This document shows, piece after piece, positions 60,841-64,000 of a stretch of 64,000 bases of DNA (position 1 is its first letter; every line of letters starts with the position of its first letter). The notes under the pieces were generated by a model. It was not told where the DNA came from and made no database searches. It worked only from the letters and a program-made list of their open reading frames with translations. The translations under genes were made by a program, and so were the position numbers. The stretch is from Planctomycetota bacterium. Lineage in GTDB: Bacteria; Planctomycetota; B15-G4; SIAN01. Location: assembly GCA_031409275.1 (NCBI GenBank), contig JANNXA010000022.1:32001-96000 (forward strand), given 5' to 3'.

Positions 60841-60877
60841 CCACCGCCTTCGTCGCGCGCGCCTGCTCGATCGCGCT

Positions 60878-61627
60878 TCAGGGAGCTTTTCGCTCGCGTT
60901 CGGCGACGATCGCGAGGAATGCTTCCTCGAGGTCGGGTGTGCCGGTGCGAGCGAGCAGCTCCGCTGGCGTCCCTTCGGCGACGAGCCGGCCGTCGAGCAT
61001 GACACCGACGCGATCGGCCAGCTTGGCAGCCTCCGACATCACGTGAGTCGAGAAGAGCACGGTCTTGCCATCGCTGCGGCAACCGCGGATCAGCTCGATG
61101 ATGGCGCGGGCCGCGAGGACGTCGAGGCCCGCCGTCGGCTCATCGAGGATCAGCACCGGCGGATCGTGCACGATGGTGCGCGCGATGCCGACCTTCTGTT
61201 TCTGACCCATCGAGAGCTTGTCGCAGCGGCGATCGAGGAACTCCTCCATCTGCAGGCGCGCGGCGAGCTGCGTGATGCGCACGGGAATGGCCGCTTCGGG
61301 AACGGAGAAAAGTCGCGCGAAGTAGGTCACGACCTCGCGCGCCGTGAGCCTCCCGTACGGTGCGGTGTTTCCCGTAAGGAATCCGATCGAAGCACGGATG
61401 CGCTCCGGAGCGTCAAGGCCGTGGCCGCAGACGCGAAGCGTTCCCGACGTCGGCTCGAGCGTGGTCGCGATCATGCGAAGCGTCGACGTCTTGCCCGCGC
61501 CGTTGGGGCCGAGCAACGCGTACACCTTCGCCGGATCGCAGCGGAAACGGACGCCGTCGACCGCTCGCTTGGCGGCGGTCCGCCGGGAGGCCGCGTACTC
61601 CTTGGTTAGATCCTCGACTTCGATCAT
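60878..61627 (-). CDS. ABC transporter ATP-binding protein (NatA/ABC-2 type)
   Basis: [26 protein letters not shown] and STH. Confidence 0.92.
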   Translation of the reverse strand: MIEVEDLTKEYAASRRTAAKRAVDGVRFRCDPAKVYALLGPNGAGKTSTLRMIATTLEPTSGTLRVCGHGLDAPERIRASIGFLTGNTAPYGRLTAREVVTYFARLFSVPEAAIPVRITQLAARLQMEEFLDRRCDKLSMGQKQKVGIARTIVHDPPVLILDEPTAGLDVLAARAIIELIRGCRSDGKTVLFSTHVMSEAAKLADRVGVMLDGRLVAEGTPAELLARTGTPDLEEAFLAIVAERERKAP

Positions 61628-61731
61628 CTTGGGCTCGCTCTCCGCAAGGCCGCGATACCCTACGCCGGCGCACCCGGGATGCAAAGCATCGAACCGGCCA
61701 ATGGACGGCGATTGAAACAGGAGGCCGCTGG

Positions 61732-62379
61732 ATGGGGCGCGAAGCGGAAGCGAGCGGAGTGGCGCACGAACGCGCGCGTCGCGCGGTGTTCGGGTTCCTC
61801 GGCTCTGCGATCCTCCATGAGACGAACAACGTCCTCACCGTCATGGCCGGTGTGCGGCAGTTGTTGAAGGCGGGTATTTCGCTCTCCGATCGAGTCGGCG
61901 GGATGATCGACCAGCAGCTCAGCCGAATGGAGGAGCTCGTCGGATGGATCCGACGGCTCGGCCCCGACGATGGCGAAGCCGGTGCGCCGGTGCGCGACCT
62001 GGCGTTCGTCCTCGAATCGGTCGAGCGCATCGTCCAGCTCGTTGGCAAGGGGCGCGGGATCAAGGTCGAGCGGGACGCTGAAGTCGGGCGGCGCGCCCTC
62101 GATTCCGAGGCTGCCGGCCTCGCGCTGCTTTGCGTGATGCTGCCGCTGCTGCCGGTGCGAGGCCGCCCGGGCGTCGCCTTCGCGTTGAGTGGAAAAGCAG
62201 CGGCCGGTTCGGTTCGCATCACCATGCGCTGCGCGCCTTCGGCGTTGCCGGCGGGGGACGAACCCGAATGGCGGCGGGCGCGCGAGCTTGCAGTCGCGGC
62301 GCGAGGCGCACTCTCGACGCGGTCGGACGGCGACGCGGTCGTCGCGGAGCTTGATCTTCCGATCGCTGACTCAGTGTAA
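61732..62379 (+). CDS. Degenerate histidine-kinase-like protein (H-box present, ATP boxes absent)
   Basis: GFLGSAILHETNNVLTV; the C-terminus resembles the HATPase tail but lacks N, G1 and G2 boxes. Confidence 0.55.
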   Translation: MGREAEASGVAHERARRAVFGFLGSAILHETNNVLTVMAGVRQLLKAGISLSDRVGGMIDQQLSRMEELVGWIRRLGPDDGEAGAPVRDLAFVLESVERIVQLVGKGRGIKVERDAEVGRRALDSEAAGLALLCVMLPLLPVRGRPGVAFALSGKAAAGSVRITMRCAPSALPAGDEPEWRRARELAVAARGALSTRSDGDAVVAELDLPIADSV

Positions 62380-62414
62380 AACGAGGTCCCTTCGACTCTT
62401 GGAGAACGTTCATC

Positions 62415-63575
62415 GTGCGTCTTCCCGCTGCTACGTCGTCGCTCGCGATCGCCGCCACTGCGCTGCTGCTCTCGGCTTGCGGCAGCTCGAATGAGTGTCC
62501 GCTCGGGCCTTGCCCGCTGAGCGAGATTCACGCCGCCGACGCCACGCAGGCTCGCGATCTGATGGCGAAGTACGACCAGGGTCCAGCGAAGCCGGTCGAG
62601 GCGCACCCGAAGGAGACGCACCTCAAGAACGTGCGTCAGCTGACCTTCGCCGGTCAGAACGCGGAGTGCTACTTCTCGTTCGATGGGACCGAGTTCATCT
62701 TCCAGTCGACGCGAGGCGATCTTGCGGCCGACCAGATGTTCACCATGGATCTCGCCGCGGGACATCTGCGCCTGGTGAGTTCGGGTCTCGGCAAGACGAC
62801 CTGCGGCTATTTCCTGCCTGGCGCCAAGCGGATCATCTACGCGTCGACGCACGCCGATTCGCCGACGCCGCCGGCGCCGCCCGACTACCAGAAGTACGGC
62901 TACGTCTGGAAGTTCAACGCCGGCTTCGACCTCTTCGAGGCGGACCGCGATGGCCGCGACGTCCGTCGTCTCACCGCGACGCCGGGGTACGACGCCGAAG
63001 GCACGATTTCGAACGATGGGAAGTGGATCGTCTTCACCTCGATGCGCGACGGCGACCTCGATCTCTACAAGATGCGCATCGACGGCAGCGACGTCACGCG
63101 CCTGACGCACGAGCTCGGCTATGACGGCGGCGCCTTCTTCACGCCCGACGGCAAGCGCATCGTCTACCGCGGTTTCACGCCCACGACGCCCGAAGAGCAG
63201 AAGGGCTACCGCGACATGATGGAACTCGGGATGTGGCGGCCGGGCCCGCTCGAGCTGCGGATCATGGATGCCGACGGCGGCAACAAGCGCACCTTCTTCG
63301 CCAACGTCGCGTCGAACTGGGCGCCGTTCATGTTGCCGGACGGGGAGCGCGTGGTCTTCTCCTCGAACCTCCACGACCCGAACCCGAAGAACCGCAACTT
63401 CGACCTCTACATGGTGCGCGTCGACGGCAGCGGGCTGGAGCGCATCACCTACGACGAGCAGTTCGACGGCTTCCCGATGTTCAGCCCGAACGGCAAGCAG
63501 CTCGTGTGGGCCGCGAATCGCCACGGCGCGCAGCCGCGCGATACCAACCTCTTCCTGGCCGACTGGGTCGAATGA
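62415..63575 (+). CDS. TolB-like PD40 beta-propeller lipoprotein
   Basis: Lipobox LSA-C; repeats FSFDGT, SNDGKWIVFTS, FTPDGKRIVY and FSPNGKQLVW. Confidence 0.88.
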   Translation: MRLPAATSSLAIAATALLLSACGSSNECPLGPCPLSEIHAADATQARDLMAKYDQGPAKPVEAHPKETHLKNVRQLTFAGQNAECYFSFDGTEFIFQSTRGDLAADQMFTMDLAAGHLRLVSSGLGKTTCGYFLPGAKRIIYASTHADSPTPPAPPDYQKYGYVWKFNAGFDLFEADRDGRDVRRLTATPGYDAEGTISNDGKWIVFTSMRDGDLDLYKMRIDGSDVTRLTHELGYDGGAFFTPDGKRIVYRGFTPTTPEEQKGYRDMMELGMWRPGPLELRIMDADGGNKRTFFANVASNWAPFMLPDGERVVFSSNLHDPNPKNRNFDLYMVRVDGSGLERITYDEQFDGFPMFSPNGKQLVWAANRHGAQPRDTNLFLADWVE

Positions 63576-63615
63576 TCGGCGCGACCCGGTCCGCAGCCGG
63601 ATCAGCTCCCGAGGA

Positions 63616-63999
63616 TCAGCTGCCGCCGGCGGGGGCGGCGCGAAAGAGCTCGCCCTGTTCGGAGGCGCGATCCACGATCGAGCGTGCGGCGCGGACGAGC
63701 TGATCGAGCTCGAGCGGCTTGCGAAGGACTGCCGCGCGTGAGCGACGCAGGAAGGCGGCGGTCTCCTCGCCGAGCGCGTCGCCCGTCACGAAGATGAAGC
63801 GTCGCAAGAGCGCCGGGCGCGTGCGCGCGAGCTGCTCGTAGAGCTGCATGCCGTCGAGCCCGGGACGGTGGATGTCGCTCACGACGACGTCGACCGGCTC
63901 GCCGGCGAGGTAGGAGAGCGCGTCTTCGCCGTGCTCGAAGGTGATGACGTGGTTGCCGTGACCAGAAAACGTGCGCGTGATCACCTCGCGCAACGCCGG
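63616..63999 (-). CDS. Response-regulator receiver domain, 5'-truncated (possibly the end of a hybrid kinase)
   Basis: VVVSD (phospho-Asp), PGLDG, FVTG and LRKP. The frame is open to the window end. Confidence 0.85.
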   Translation of the reverse strand, partial: PALREVITRTFSGHGNHVITFEHGEDALSYLAGEPVDVVVSDIHRPGLDGMQLYEQLARTRPALLRRFIFVTGDALGEETAAFLRRSRAAVLRKPLELDQLVRAARSIVDRASEQGELFRAAPAGGS

Positions 64000-64000
64000 C

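Overview
A high-GC bacterial chromosome segment that is almost entirely coding: about 48 CDS, 3 tRNAs and tmRNA. I saw no CRISPR array, integrase or transposase. The lineage is probably Planctomycetota/PVC-like; this is an inference from the eukaryote-type UDP-GlcNAc pyrophosphorylase, the exported HEAT-repeat protein and the poly-Gly lipoproteins. Most genes are housekeeping: ltaE, phosphomannomutase, larC, tgt, spoIID, ruvB, menG/ubiX/ubiA-type quinone genes, holA, mutL, smpB/ssrA, recA, alaS, rpmF-plsX-fabH-fabD-fabG-acpP-fabF, ddl, dapB and nifJ-type PFOR. The stand-out accessory element is a same-strand array of three paralogous ~1040-1120 aa lipoproteins (10385-21481). Each has a lipobox-Cys-poly-Gly start, putative Ig-like regions, a Pro-rich core and a YVTN-like beta-propeller. 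The array is interleaved with menaquinone-type genes and a CPBP intramembrane protease, and the third gene is translationally coupled to menG. Other notable items: a DegT aminotransferase/TMTC-like/GT-C glycosylation module, a GTTC-N7-GTTC direct repeat at the recA promoter, a highly structured rpmF leader, a DUF366-like gene and a pseudo-histidine-kinase. All family calls come from motifs recognised by eye; no database searches were run.
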